Below are positions 37,007 to 46,685 of a stretch of 64,000 nucleotides of DNA, piece after piece (position 1 is the first letter of the stretch; the number at the start of each line of letters is the position of its first letter). The stretch is from Capsulimonadaceae bacterium. GTDB taxonomy: Bacteria; Armatimonadota; Armatimonadia; Armatimonadales; Capsulimonadaceae. The stretch spans positions 2,304,001-2,368,000 of the forward strand of contig OZ244065.1 in assembly GCA_965215505.1 (NCBI GenBank), given 5' to 3'. The position numbers and the translations under genes were made by a program. Below the pieces are notes generated by a model. The model saw only the letters and a list, made by a program, of their open reading frames with translations. It did no database searches and was not told where the DNA came from.

Positions 37007-37963
37007 TCACTCCACCCATCTCGCAAGCCCCGGCCACAGCCTCTCGGCCAGACTCAGCAGGCCGTACACCGCCCCGTACCCCAGCAGGAGCTGCGCCAGC
37101 CCCATCGCCCACAGCCGGCGGGCTGGGGCGAAGCGCAGGACCATCCCGTTCTCCATCCACGATTGGCGGCGGGCCAGCACCTCTTCGGCGGCGCGGATCG
37201 CGCCCGCGATCTGTGCATCGGTGGCCGGGCGGGTCGCGAACCACTGCTGGAACCAGCCGCCGACTCGCCGCCAGAAAACCAGCGCGAACGGCCCGGCCAC
37301 CATCGCGGACACCGAGGCAGCGTCCGTCTGCGGCCAGCCGCCCGCCGAGGCCGCGCTGAAGACGGCCAAAAACGTCAGCAGGAACAGGGTGAAGCCGACG
37401 AACAGGTTCGTCCCGCAGCGCGGGTGGACGCGCGGCATCGCCCGGACACTCTCCGGCACGAGCGGGACGGAACGCTCGACGCAGTGGACGACCTGATGCT
37501 CGGCGGCGTGGGTCCCGGACAACGGGGCGAGGCGCAGCAGCAGGAAGACGAGCGGCAGGGGCAGCCAGGGCGAGATCGCCGCCAGCCACGTCTGGAAGCC
37601 GGGCGGCAGGCGTGCCTCCCAGCGGCTCAGGCCGGGCAGGTGGGCAGATGCCTCGTGCGCCAGGCCGTGCGCGCCGGCCTGGGCCAGCAGGGCCAGGCTG
37701 CTCATCGCCGCGCCCGTCAGGAACAGGCCCCAGAGACCCGCCCCGCCGCTGGAAACGCCGTCGTGCAGGTACACGCCCAGGGGCGTCGCCATGCCGCCCA
37801 AGCGGGGCGGTTCGGGCCGCGACAGGACGGCCAGAGTCAGGCCCGTCTGCGGGTCCAGGATCGGGAGCGTGGGCCAGGGCGAACGGTGCAGCGCCTCCAG
37901 AGCGTCGTGCAGACTGGTTTCGGGGACTGCGGGCGCGGCCACCGGCGGCGGTTCCTCTTGCAT
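37007..37963 (-). CDS. DUF1385-like membrane protein (putative metal-binding)
   Basis: GGMA...GV, HAAEHQVVH, HPRCGTN, TRP motifs. Confidence 0.8.
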   Translation of the reverse strand: MQEEPPPVAAPAVPETSLHDALEALHRSPWPTLPILDPQTGLTLAVLSRPEPPRLGGMATPLGVYLHDGVSSGGAGLWGLFLTGAAMSSLALLAQAGAHGLAHEASAHLPGLSRWEARLPPGFQTWLAAISPWLPLPLVFLLLRLAPLSGTHAAEHQVVHCVERSVPLVPESVRAMPRVHPRCGTNLFVGFTLFLLTFLAVFSAASAGGWPQTDAASVSAMVAGPFALVFWRRVGGWFQQWFATRPATDAQIAGAIRAAEEVLARRQSWMENGMVLRFAPARRLWAMGLAQLLLGYGAVYGLLSLAERLWPGLARWVE

Positions 37964-38107
37964 TGGTTAACTATACCGTTTCAATCCTCACCGTTTCCGA
38001 AGAAGCAGTGCCAGTATTTATCATACCAAAGCCCCGGTGAAAAGTCAACCGCAGACCAGCGGTGAACTCCGGCAGAAACACCGGCATGTTTACCGGCGTG
38101 GATACCC

Positions 38108-38134
38108 TAGAGAACCGGCCGAGGCCGCCCATAA
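38108..38134 (+). promoter_or_regulatory. Sigma28 (FliA)-type promoter of flagellin
   Basis: TAGA-N15-GCCCATAA vs consensus TAAA-N15-GCCGATAA. Confidence 0.65.
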
Positions 38135-38329
38135 TAGAGTTGTACGCAGCAGGAAGCCCCGACAGCCTCGCCGAGACAAGCGGATCACAGGGAACGTGAT
38201 CCGGGTTCGGCCCGCCTCCACCGTCCCGGCGAGAAGAGCGGCCTTCCCAACCCGTACCCATCACTGGCAGGAAGCCAGCGAGTCAACACACCGTCCCCGG
38301 CTCCGGGGGCATCAAGGAAGAAAGAAACC

Positions 38330-39808
38330 ATGTCCAGCTACATCAACACCAACACGACCGCCAGCGAGGCCGCCTACAACCTCGGCATCAACCAGTCGAA
38401 CGAGCAGAAGAACATCCAGCGCCTGTCGTCCGGCCTCCGCATCAACTCCGCCGCCGACGACGCCTCGGGCCTGGTCATCTCCGAAAGCCTGCGCGCCCAG
38501 TCCGCCGGCTTGACCCAGGCGACCGCGAACACCAACGACGCCATCAACGTGGTGAAGACGGCGGAAGGTGCCTTGAACGAGGTCCACTCGCTCCTGATCA
38601 ACATCCGCTCGCTCGTCGTCCACGCCGCCAACGTCGGCGCCAACGACCCGACCGCCCTGAAGGCCGACCAGGACGCCATCGCGTCCGCCGTCTCCAGCAT
38701 CAACCGCATCGCCAGCACGACCCAGTTCAACAACAAGAACCTGCTGGACGGCTCGGCCAGCTCCTCCTCGGCGGCCGTCACCGCCGGGACCGGCACGGCC
38801 AGCAGCACCGGCTCCACCAGCCTCGCCCTGGTCTCGCAGGCTTCGTCCTACGGCACCACCGCCATCGCCAGCGGCCACGTCGGCTACACCCAGGCGGTCG
38901 CCAACGTGCAGAAGGCGACATTCACGGGTGGTCTGGCCGCTGACACCTTCGGCGGCTCGTTCGTCATCGAAGGCAAGACGGTCGTCCTGAACGGCTCCTC
39001 CAACACGAACGCCAGCATCGCCACCGCGATCCAGCAGCAGACGGGCCTGAACTACGCGGTCACCGGGACCGGTGCCGCCGGCACCGGCCTGACCTTCACC
39101 AATCAGAAGACGGGCGCGGCGGCGGGGACCACGGACTTCACGAACCTGACCTCCACGACCGCTACGGCCACGGTGACGACCAACCCGACGGTCGGCGCGA
39201 ACGCCTCCGTCTCGGTGAACGGCCTGACCAGTGACACGGTGAGCACGGACGGCAAGACCTTCAGCTTCACCTCGGGTGCCCTCAAGGGCCTCTCCCTGAG
39301 CACCAACGCGACCGCCACCAACACCGACATCGGCGAGTTCAGCGCGACGGCGGACAAGGCGGTCGCCGGGCAGGACTTGCAGTTCCAGGTCGGCGCGAAC
39401 GCCGGCCAGACGGTGAACATCAGCATCGGCAGCACGAAGGCCAACACGCTGGGCAATGCCGGCAGCTTCAACCTCGGCGACCTGGCCGCAGGCGGCGCGC
39501 TGAACGTGACCGACCCGACGGGCGCCGCGCAGCAGAGCGCCCTGAAGGTGGTTGACCAGGCCATCGCGGACGTCTCCACGACCCGCGAGAAACTGGGCGC
39601 GCTCCAGAGCAACGTCCTGCAATCCAACGTCCGCAGCCTCGGCGTCGCGCAGCAGAATACGGACGCCTCGGAGAGTACCATCCGCGACACGAACCTCTCC
39701 TCGGAGATCGTGGACTTCACGAAGAACCAGATCCTGGTGCAGGCGGGCACGTCCGCTCTGGCCCAGGCGAATTCGGCTCCGCAGGCGATCCTGAAGCTCC
39801 TCCAGTAA
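38330..39808 (+). CDS. fliC: Flagellin
   Basis: INTN...RLSSGLRINSAADDASGL, FQVGAN, SSEIVDFTKNQILVQAG...LKLLQ. Confidence 0.97.
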   Translation: MSSYINTNTTASEAAYNLGINQSNEQKNIQRLSSGLRINSAADDASGLVISESLRAQSAGLTQATANTNDAINVVKTAEGALNEVHSLLINIRSLVVHAANVGANDPTALKADQDAIASAVSSINRIASTTQFNNKNLLDGSASSSSAAVTAGTGTASSTGSTSLALVSQASSYGTTAIASGHVGYTQAVANVQKATFTGGLAADTFGGSFVIEGKTVVLNGSSNTNASIATAIQQQTGLNYAVTGTGAAGTGLTFTNQKTGAAAGTTDFTNLTSTTATATVTTNPTVGANASVSVNGLTSDTVSTDGKTFSFTSGALKGLSLSTNATATNTDIGEFSATADKAVAGQDLQFQVGANAGQTVNISIGSTKANTLGNAGSFNLGDLAAGGALNVTDPTGAAQQSALKVVDQAIADVSTTREKLGALQSNVLQSNVRSLGVAQQNTDASESTIRDTNLSSEIVDFTKNQILVQAGTSALAQANSAPQAILKLLQ

Positions 39809-39833
39809 TCCTGACGGCTCACTTCTCTCCCGC

Positions 39834-39864
39834 GAGGGGGCTGCTTCGGCAGCCCCCTCTTTTT
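39834..39864 (+). terminator. Intrinsic terminator of fliC
   Basis: GAGGGGGCTGC-TTCG-GCAGCCCCCTC-TTTTT. Confidence 0.9.
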
Positions 39865-39941
39865 CGTCCGCTTTTCCTCCGTTGTGCCTGCCACGGATTG
39901 AAACCCGTGACCTCCGCCAAGCATCTTTGGCAGGACTCCCC

Positions 39942-39969
39942 TAATGAAAGCGGTCCCGCCCGCCGATTA
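39942..39969 (+). promoter_or_regulatory. Sigma28-type promoter of fliD
   Basis: TAAT-N16-GCCGATTA. Confidence 0.55.
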
Positions 39970-39996
39970 TTCGGGTAACGCAGGAGACCCACCGTT

Positions 39997-42702
39997 ATGA
40001 CCACGCCCAGCATCAGTTTTTCCGGCCTCGCCTCGGGGATCGACAGCTCCAGCATCATCACGCAGCTCACGACGGTCGCGCAGCAGCCGATCACGCTGCT
40101 CCAGGGCAAGGACGACGCCTACAACGCCAGCCTTGCGGCCTGGCAGCAGCTCAACACCAACCTGTCCGCCCTGCAAACCGCCGCCGTCGCCCTGACCCAA
40201 GCGTCCACCTTCAGCGCGGCCAGCGCCACCTCTTCCAACCCCGCCGTCGCCACCGTCACCACCCTGCCGGGGGCCGCACTGGGGGAACACAGCCTTTCCG
40301 TCACCCAGATCGCCCAGGCGCAGAAGGTCGTCTCCGCCCCGGTCGCGAGCGGCAGCACCGCCCTGGGCCGATCAGGCAGCTTCCTGCTGAATGGGAAGAC
40401 GATCACCGTCAGCAGCACCGACGCCCTGACCGACATCTCGGTCAAGATCAATGCCGCCCAGGCGGGCGTCTCCTCCACCGTCGTCAACGTCGGCCCCGGC
40501 GATTTCCGGCTGACCCTGACCAGCAACCAGACCGGCGCGGCGAACACCATCGCCGCTTCGGACACGGCCGGCGGTATCCTCGGCGGGCTGGGCGTGCTGG
40601 CGACGGGCACGGCGGCCGTGCGGCAGGGCCTCAGCGGCACCCAGAACGGAGCGGCCTACTCCGGCGCGGCCTCACTGACCTTCAGCAGCGCGACACAGTC
40701 CATCGGCTCCCTGCTGGGGATCGCGGCGGGCAGCGCGCCCAATGCCCCCTTCCACATCACGAACGGCACGAGCGGGGCCGGCAACGAGGCCGACATCTCG
40801 GTGAACCTGAACACCGCCTCGCTTTCCGACGTGGCGAATGCCATCAACCAGGCCGGGATCAGCGGCGTCTCCGCCGAGGTCATCACCCTCCCGGACGCCA
40901 ACGGCAACCTGTACCGCATTCATCAGCTCCAGATCACCAACAGCAATTCTACGCCCGCCACGCCCAGCACGGCGTCGGCGTCGGGAACATCGCTGCTCGC
41001 CTCCGACACCTATTCCGGGTCAGTGACGGTCAACGGCCAGGCCGTCACGCTGGCCGGACACGCGACCACGCTGGCCCAGCTCAACACCGCCATCCAGGGG
41101 ACGATCGGCAACTCGGGCATCGTCGCCAGCGTCAGCGGGGGTGCCCTGGTGCTGACCGACGCCTCGGGCAAAAACATCACGGCGACGACGACCGGCCTGG
41201 ACAACTGGACCGGCGGCACGGCCGACAACGGTCCCCTGGGCGCGGCCGTGGTCGCGAACGGCACCCCGGCCGCGGCCGCCACGACGACGTTCACCGACCC
41301 GAGCGGCGTCCTGGGGACTTTGGGCGTGCTGCAAAAACCGTACACGCAGACGGTGACGAGCGCCCAGGACGCCAAGTTCAACCTGGACGGCCTGGACCTG
41401 ACGCGATCCTCCAACAGCGTCGGCGACGTGGTCCCCGGCGCGACGGTCAAGCTGCTCTCGGGGACATCAGCCTCGCCCGGCACGAGCGACCTCAACATCT
41501 CCCAGAACAGCGACTCCATCGTGGCCGCCGTTAACTCCTTCGCCACCGCCTACAACGCCATCACCGATTTCGTCACCGCCCAGAACCAGTTCACGCCGCC
41601 GACGGACACGTCCGCGGGCGTCGCCGGTGCCAGCGCGCCGCTGTTCGGCGACGCGACCCTGAACCAAATTCAGGACCAGCTCTCGCAGGCGCTCACGGCC
41701 GTTTCCGGCTCGACCACGCTCCAATCCATCGGCGTGACTCTGGACACCAAGGGCAAACTCCAGGTTGACTCGAACGTCCTGACGGCGGCCCTCCAGGCTG
41801 ACCCGACCAGCGTCGCCGACCTCTTCGGCGCGTCGGGCAAGTCGGACAGCAGCGCCATCCAGTTCGTCCAGGCCGGACCGAAGACGACGGCGACCTCGGG
41901 GACCGGCTATGCCGTCGCCATCACGCAGCCGGCGACCCAGAGCAGCGGCACGGCCGGGACAGCGAACACCGGCACGACGAGTACGGCCCCCGAGACGCTG
42001 ACTTTCGGCGGCGCGCTGTTCCCCGCCGGGGCCAAGCTGACGCTTCCGGTCGGCAGCACCCTCCAGGACACGGTCAGCCTGATCAACAACACCAGCAGCC
42101 TGAACAGCCAGATCTACGCGCGGATAGACGCGACCAACCATCTGGTGATCTCCTCGCAGCGGTATGGGTCGGGGACGGGGTTTTCGGTTAGCTCCGACAC
42201 CGCCGCGTCGGGCACGAACTCGGGCATCGGCCCTTCCCTGGCGGCGACTTTCGGCGTGGACGTCGCGGGGACCATCAACGGCGAGCCGGCGACGGGGACC
42301 GGGCGGACCCTCACCGGGAACTCCGGGAACGCGACGACGGAGGGCTTGCAGCTCCTCGTCTCCGCCACGACCGCCTCCCCGGCGGGCGGCGCGACCGGCC
42401 ACGTCACGGTGAATCAGGGCGTCGCAGACGGCCTCAACGTGACCCTGACCCAGATGCTGGACCCGGTCAATGGGGCGGTCGCCGGGGCGGAAACCAGCCT
42501 CAACTCGCAGATTTCCGACACGCAGAACCAGATCTCTCAGATCCAGACCGAGATAAGCACTTACAAGGATTACCTGTCACAGATGTTCAGCGACATGGAA
42601 ACCAGGGTCAGCGCACTCCAAGCGCAGGGCAACGCCTTCAACGCCTCGCTCGGCAACACGACGACTTCCACCAGTACCGCTTCCAGCGGTAAACTGGCTT
42701 AA
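39997..42702 (+). CDS. fliD: Flagellar filament cap protein (large, 901 aa)
   Basis: FSGLASGID, VTQIAQAQK, AQDAKFNLDG..SSN, C-terminal coiled coil. Confidence 0.93.
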   Translation: MTTPSISFSGLASGIDSSSIITQLTTVAQQPITLLQGKDDAYNASLAAWQQLNTNLSALQTAAVALTQASTFSAASATSSNPAVATVTTLPGAALGEHSLSVTQIAQAQKVVSAPVASGSTALGRSGSFLLNGKTITVSSTDALTDISVKINAAQAGVSSTVVNVGPGDFRLTLTSNQTGAANTIAASDTAGGILGGLGVLATGTAAVRQGLSGTQNGAAYSGAASLTFSSATQSIGSLLGIAAGSAPNAPFHITNGTSGAGNEADISVNLNTASLSDVANAINQAGISGVSAEVITLPDANGNLYRIHQLQITNSNSTPATPSTASASGTSLLASDTYSGSVTVNGQAVTLAGHATTLAQLNTAIQGTIGNSGIVASVSGGALVLTDASGKNITATTTGLDNWTGGTADNGPLGAAVVANGTPAAAATTTFTDPSGVLGTLGVLQKPYTQTVTSAQDAKFNLDGLDLTRSSNSVGDVVPGATVKLLSGTSASPGTSDLNISQNSDSIVAAVNSFATAYNAITDFVTAQNQFTPPTDTSAGVAGASAPLFGDATLNQIQDQLSQALTAVSGSTTLQSIGVTLDTKGKLQVDSNVLTAALQADPTSVADLFGASGKSDSSAIQFVQAGPKTTATSGTGYAVAITQPATQSSGTAGTANTGTTSTAPETLTFGGALFPAGAKLTLPVGSTLQDTVSLINNTSSLNSQIYARIDATNHLVISSQRYGSGTGFSVSSDTAASGTNSGIGPSLAATFGVDVAGTINGEPATGTGRTLTGNSGNATTEGLQLLVSATTASPAGGATGHVTVNQGVADGLNVTLTQMLDPVNGAVAGAETSLNSQISDTQNQISQIQTEISTYKDYLSQMFSDMETRVSALQAQGNAFNASLGNTTTSTSTASSGKLA

Positions 42703-42732
42703 ACATTCTGGAAGCCAAGACACACAAGGACA

Positions 42733-43152
42733 ATGATGAGTCTCTCTAACCCCTACGCGCAGTACCGGCAGAACTCGGTCGAGACGGCAACGCCGACGCG
42801 GATGATCGTGATGCTCTACGATGGCGCGATCCGCTTTCTCAGTCTGGCCCTGCCCGCCATGCGCGCACAGGTGTATGATCAGCAGTCGCTCCAGATCGGC
42901 AAGGCGCAGGCGATCATCGCCCACCTGCGTGACACCCTGGACTTCCAGACGGGCGGCGCGGTCGCCGGGCACTTGAGCAAGATCTACGGCGACATGTTCG
43001 ACGCCCTCACCGACGCCAACATCCACGACAAACCGGAGCGGGTCGAGGAGGTCATCGCGGCCCTACGCGGCCTGCGCGAGGCCTGGGTCGAGGTGGACCG
43101 CCAATGCCAGATAGGCAAGGCGGCGGGCACCCGCGAGCGGGTCGCGGCGTGA
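42733..43152 (+). CDS. fliS: Flagellin chaperone FliS
   Basis: YRQNSVETATP..MLYDGAI, KAQAII, LREAW. Confidence 0.93.
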   Translation: MMSLSNPYAQYRQNSVETATPTRMIVMLYDGAIRFLSLALPAMRAQVYDQQSLQIGKAQAIIAHLRDTLDFQTGGAVAGHLSKIYGDMFDALTDANIHDKPERVEEVIAALRGLREAWVEVDRQCQIGKAAGTRERVAA

Positions 43153-43189
43153 ACGCGCTAAGAGACGCTTCAAGAAAGGATTCCACCCC

Positions 43190-43594
43190 ATGTCTACTGC
43201 TGCGGGCAGCACGGAACGCGCGAAGTTCGGCTATCTCCTCGACCTCAGTTACCAGCAGGTCCAGGCTTTGGAATGCGAAGACATGTTCGCCTTTGACCGC
43301 ATCCTGGCGGCGAAGAAGACGGTGATCGAGAGCCTGAGGGACCCGCGCGGCGTCCTCGCCGCCGATCCGACCCTGGCCTCCGTCGTGACGCGCATCCAGG
43401 ACGCGGACAAGATGGCGCAGCGCCTGCTCTTCCGTATGGTGGGCCGGATCATGCGCGAGATGAACGAGCTGAACCAGCAGAAGAAGGCGCGCGGCGCTTA
43501 CGGGTATGCCGGTGGGAACGCAGCCCGGCGCGCGGCGGCTCGGCCTATCGGCCTCCTGCCGGATACATCCAGCTACCTGGACACGAAATCGTGA
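43190..43594 (+). CDS. FliT/FlgN-like flagellar chaperone
   Basis: Position after fliS; helical; ends ...AYGY...YLDTKS. Confidence 0.55.
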   Translation: MSTAAGSTERAKFGYLLDLSYQQVQALECEDMFAFDRILAAKKTVIESLRDPRGVLAADPTLASVVTRIQDADKMAQRLLFRMVGRIMREMNELNQQKKARGAYGYAGGNAARRAAARPIGLLPDTSSYLDTKS

Positions 43595-43656
43595 CGCCGT
43601 TTGCGGCGTGACGCCGTTTACAGCGCCCACCGCTCCGTGCTACAATGGGGGCACTC

Positions 43657-44529
43657 ATGCCCGCCCCCACCCGACCCAATCCACCCGCCGCCGCGCCGCA
43701 CCCGGCTGGCGTGACGCCCTTCGACCGCAACTTCTGGGAGGGCGACGCCTCCTGGATGGTGCTGGCCGATGTCGCCAAAATCGTCCTCCTCTACCTCGTC
43801 CTGCGCTTCGTCCTGCGCCGGCTCGTGGACCGCGTCCTGTGGCCCGCCGTGCGCGAGGGCGAGAAGAAGGTTGACCCGGCCCAGGCCTCGCGCATCAAGA
43901 CGCTGGCGAGCCTGGTCAACAGCTCCATCTCCTACATCCTGACCTTCGTCTTCGGCATCATGCTCCTGCGCGCCCTGCGTCTGGACCCCATCCCCCTGCT
44001 CACCACGGCCAGCGTCGCGGGTCTTGCCGTCGGCTTCGGCGCGCAGAAGCTGGTCAAGGACATGATCTCCGGCTTCTTCATCCTGCTGGAGAACCAGTAC
44101 GGCGTCGGCGACTACGTCACCATCGGGGCCGTGACAGGGACCGTGGAGGAGGTCGGCCTGCGGACGACGCGCATCCGCGACGACGCGGGCAAGCTGTACA
44201 TCCTGTCCAACGGCGACATCACCCAGGTCTGCAACCAGAGCCGGGGCGCGGTCGCCTCGTTCGTCGAGATCGGCATCGCCGCCGCCGCCGACATGGGCAA
44301 GGCGACCGAGATCATCAACAAGGCTGGGGAGGAGATCGCCCGTGATCAGCCCGGCCTGGACTTCGCCGAGCCGCCGAGCGTGCAGGGCCTGGGTGCGATG
44401 GACGCCGCCAAGCTCACCCTACGCGTCTCCTGCCCCGTCACCGCCCCCGCCAAGCTGACTCAGGCGCAGATCGCTCTGCGCGGGCTGGCGCATCAGCGGC
44501 TGGTGGAGGAGGAGATCGGGCTGGCGTGA
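43657..44529 (+). CDS. mscS: Small-conductance mechanosensitive channel family protein
   Basis: AGLAVGFGAQKLVKD.ISGFFIL.E.QY.VGD, GTVEEVGLRTT. Confidence 0.92.
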   Translation: MPAPTRPNPPAAAPHPAGVTPFDRNFWEGDASWMVLADVAKIVLLYLVLRFVLRRLVDRVLWPAVREGEKKVDPAQASRIKTLASLVNSSISYILTFVFGIMLLRALRLDPIPLLTTASVAGLAVGFGAQKLVKDMISGFFILLENQYGVGDYVTIGAVTGTVEEVGLRTTRIRDDAGKLYILSNGDITQVCNQSRGAVASFVEIGIAAAADMGKATEIINKAGEEIARDQPGLDFAEPPSVQGLGAMDAAKLTLRVSCPVTAPAKLTQAQIALRGLAHQRLVEEEIGLA

Positions 44530-44530
44530 G

Positions 44531-44674
44531 TGCGCTAATTAAAGGATAAGCCCTTATCCTTTATTAACGGCTCCGCTAAGTAAAGTTTGCTTTACTAACG
44601 GTCGCTTACGAAAAGATAAGGGCTGAACTTTTCGTTAGGAATTCCTAATAAAATGTTACTTTCGTTGGGAGCGC
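44531..44674. repeat. AT-rich cluster of nested palindromes
   Basis: TAAAGGATAAG/CTTATCCTTTA, AGTAAAG/CTTTACT, ACGAAAAG/CTTTTCGT. Confidence 0.7.
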
Positions 44675-44736
44675 GGTTGAGGTGCGCCTGAGTTCATCCA
44701 TACCAGTGCATGCTGGGTAGGAATGGGGAGCGCTTG

Positions 44737-46041
44737 CTACTGAATCTTGCCTAGGACTACCTTCACACCGGCCGCCAGAATCACATCCTGCTCCCCGTCA
44801 CCCAAATGCGAGAGATCAACCAACACGGGCGGCACGAAGACTTCGCGCGGGGTGCCGTTGACGTGGAACAGGCGCTCGGTGGGGAAACCGACGCCGATGC
44901 CGGTGCTGGGCAGCGTGATGCCCTCGACGGCCCCGTTCAGCCCGGCCATGCGCGTCCCGACCACGGTCCCGCGCTTCATAGCGTCCATGCCGATCGCCAT
45001 CCCCTCCCCCATGCTGCCGGTCCAGTGGTCCACCAGGACCACAACCGGGCCGGCGTAGCGGGGGCCGCGCGGCGAGACGATGTCTACCCACTTCTGCTGG
45101 ATGCCGTGGGCGCGCACTTCGGCGGGCGAGTCGTGCCTCTGGTAGAACATGTCCTGCGCGATGAAGCGCCCCAGGATGCCTCGGGCGACCGTCGTGTTCC
45201 CGCCGCTGGGCGTGTCCCGCAGGTCGAGGACAAGCCCGCGCGTGTCCCTCAGTCTGTCCAGGGCGGCGTCAAACTGTGCGACCGTTTGCGTCCGCCCCAG
45301 AGAGTTGTTCAGGCGAACATAGCCGATGCGCGGGTCCTGACGGAGCAGGGACACACCGAGCAGGGGCTTTCCATCCTCCGAGCCGCTGCCGCGCTCTGCC
45401 GCCGCGTCATCGGGCGTTATGGTGACTGGCGGCTGGCTTCCGTCTCGGACGACAAACCGCCGCGCCTCATTGTGACGCCCGGCGAGCAGCGCCCTCAGCG
45501 CCCAATCGTCCGCCGCCGGATCGGGCCGACGCAGGCATTGGCCCTGCCTCTGCCGCACGGCCTGGCGTACAGTGAGGCCGTTGATCGAGAGGATTTCCAT
45601 GCCGGCCCGCAGGCCCGCTTTCTCCGCGATGCCGCCGGGCCGGACTTCGGTCACGACGGCTTTGTCACCCTGCCACTCCGCCCAGGTATCGGCCCCCGTC
45701 GGGACGAGGCGCGGCGACGAGGGGAGATTGGTGTTCAGAGAAGCGTGCGGGTCGTAAAGCTCTTCCAGAGCGTGTTCCAGGAAGGTGATGAATTGCGCCC
45801 GCGTCTGCACCCCGGCGAGTTGTACCCGGTAAACATCCCGCACCCTGTTCCAGTCGGTTGCTTTGGCGTCCAGATAGGCGTAGCTGTCGTCAACGCTCTG
45901 CCAGAAGAAGTCGAAGTCGGCCCTCAGCTCCTGCGGCGTGTATTTCGTGTCCCGGTTGGCTTTCGGGGATTGTGCGGACACGGCACATAGGCTTGCGGCC
46001 AGCAGGAAGCAGGAGAAGAGGCAGACGGAAACGGCGCGCAT
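44737..46041 (-). CDS. S41 family peptidase with PDZ domain
   Basis: Signal peptide, DPHA, LVLDLRDTPSGGN, TGSMGE, VVGTRMAG. Confidence 0.88.
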   Translation of the reverse strand: MRAVSVCLFSCFLLAASLCAVSAQSPKANRDTKYTPQELRADFDFFWQSVDDSYAYLDAKATDWNRVRDVYRVQLAGVQTRAQFITFLEHALEELYDPHASLNTNLPSSPRLVPTGADTWAEWQGDKAVVTEVRPGGIAEKAGLRAGMEILSINGLTVRQAVRQRQGQCLRRPDPAADDWALRALLAGRHNEARRFVVRDGSQPPVTITPDDAAAERGSGSEDGKPLLGVSLLRQDPRIGYVRLNNSLGRTQTVAQFDAALDRLRDTRGLVLDLRDTPSGGNTTVARGILGRFIAQDMFYQRHDSPAEVRAHGIQQKWVDIVSPRGPRYAGPVVVLVDHWTGSMGEGMAIGMDAMKRGTVVGTRMAGLNGAVEGITLPSTGIGVGFPTERLFHVNGTPREVFVPPVLVDLSHLGDGEQDVILAAGVKVVLGKIQ

Positions 46042-46052
46042 GGTGGTCCTAA

Positions 46053-46679
46053 TCAGTTCATCCGCGCCGACGCGGGCCGGGCGCTGAGGTCCTGCGTGCC
46101 CGCCGTGCGGGCCAACGTGGCGAGCAGGGAGCGGCCGTCGTCGCGGTTGTGGGGGGTGAGGAAGAACAAGACGCCCTGGGTCAATCCTAGTTCGGTCGGG
46201 AGGGGCGCGTCGCCGCAGTCCAGGCGCAGCTTGAAGAAGCGCGGCAGGGACTCGGGCTGCCAGACGCCGTGGGCGAACGGCTCCTCGCCGGGGCGCTGGT
46301 CGAAGACGAACATCCGGCGGCGCGTCCGCAGGCTGCCCCCGGCGTAGAGCGCGTACAACGAGACGGACCGGACGGGCAGTGTCCCCGACTGGATCGCCGC
46401 CACTAAAGCCTGCACCCGGCGCAAAGTCTCCCAGGCCTCGGCGTCGGCGACCAGGCGGTGCGAGACGCCCGCGCCCAGAGCGCCCGCGAATTCCTCAGGC
46501 ATTTCGGCGAGCTGGTAGTAGCCGCCCTGCGCGGACAGCACGGCGCGGGCGACATCGTTCCGGTACTCCGCGCCCTCCCCCACCCGCTTCTTGATGTAGG
46601 CGATGGTCAGGCCGTGCCGGTCCTGCTGCTCGGCGCGGAGCGAGGCGTATTCGGGGTCGTCATCGTGGGCTAATAGCAT
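46053..46679 (-). CDS. Hypothetical protein
   Basis: 208-aa ORF filling the gap between co-oriented genes. Confidence 0.6.
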   Translation of the reverse strand: MLLAHDDDPEYASLRAEQQDRHGLTIAYIKKRVGEGAEYRNDVARAVLSAQGGYYQLAEMPEEFAGALGAGVSHRLVADAEAWETLRRVQALVAAIQSGTLPVRSVSLYALYAGGSLRTRRRMFVFDQRPGEEPFAHGVWQPESLPRFFKLRLDCGDAPLPTELGLTQGVLFFLTPHNRDDGRSLLATLARTAGTQDLSARPASARMN

Positions 46680-46685
46680 ATGTAT

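Noticed and set aside
44531-44674. Possible degenerate CRISPR array
   Set aside because: Units differ in length and sequence, and there is no repeat-spacer periodicity
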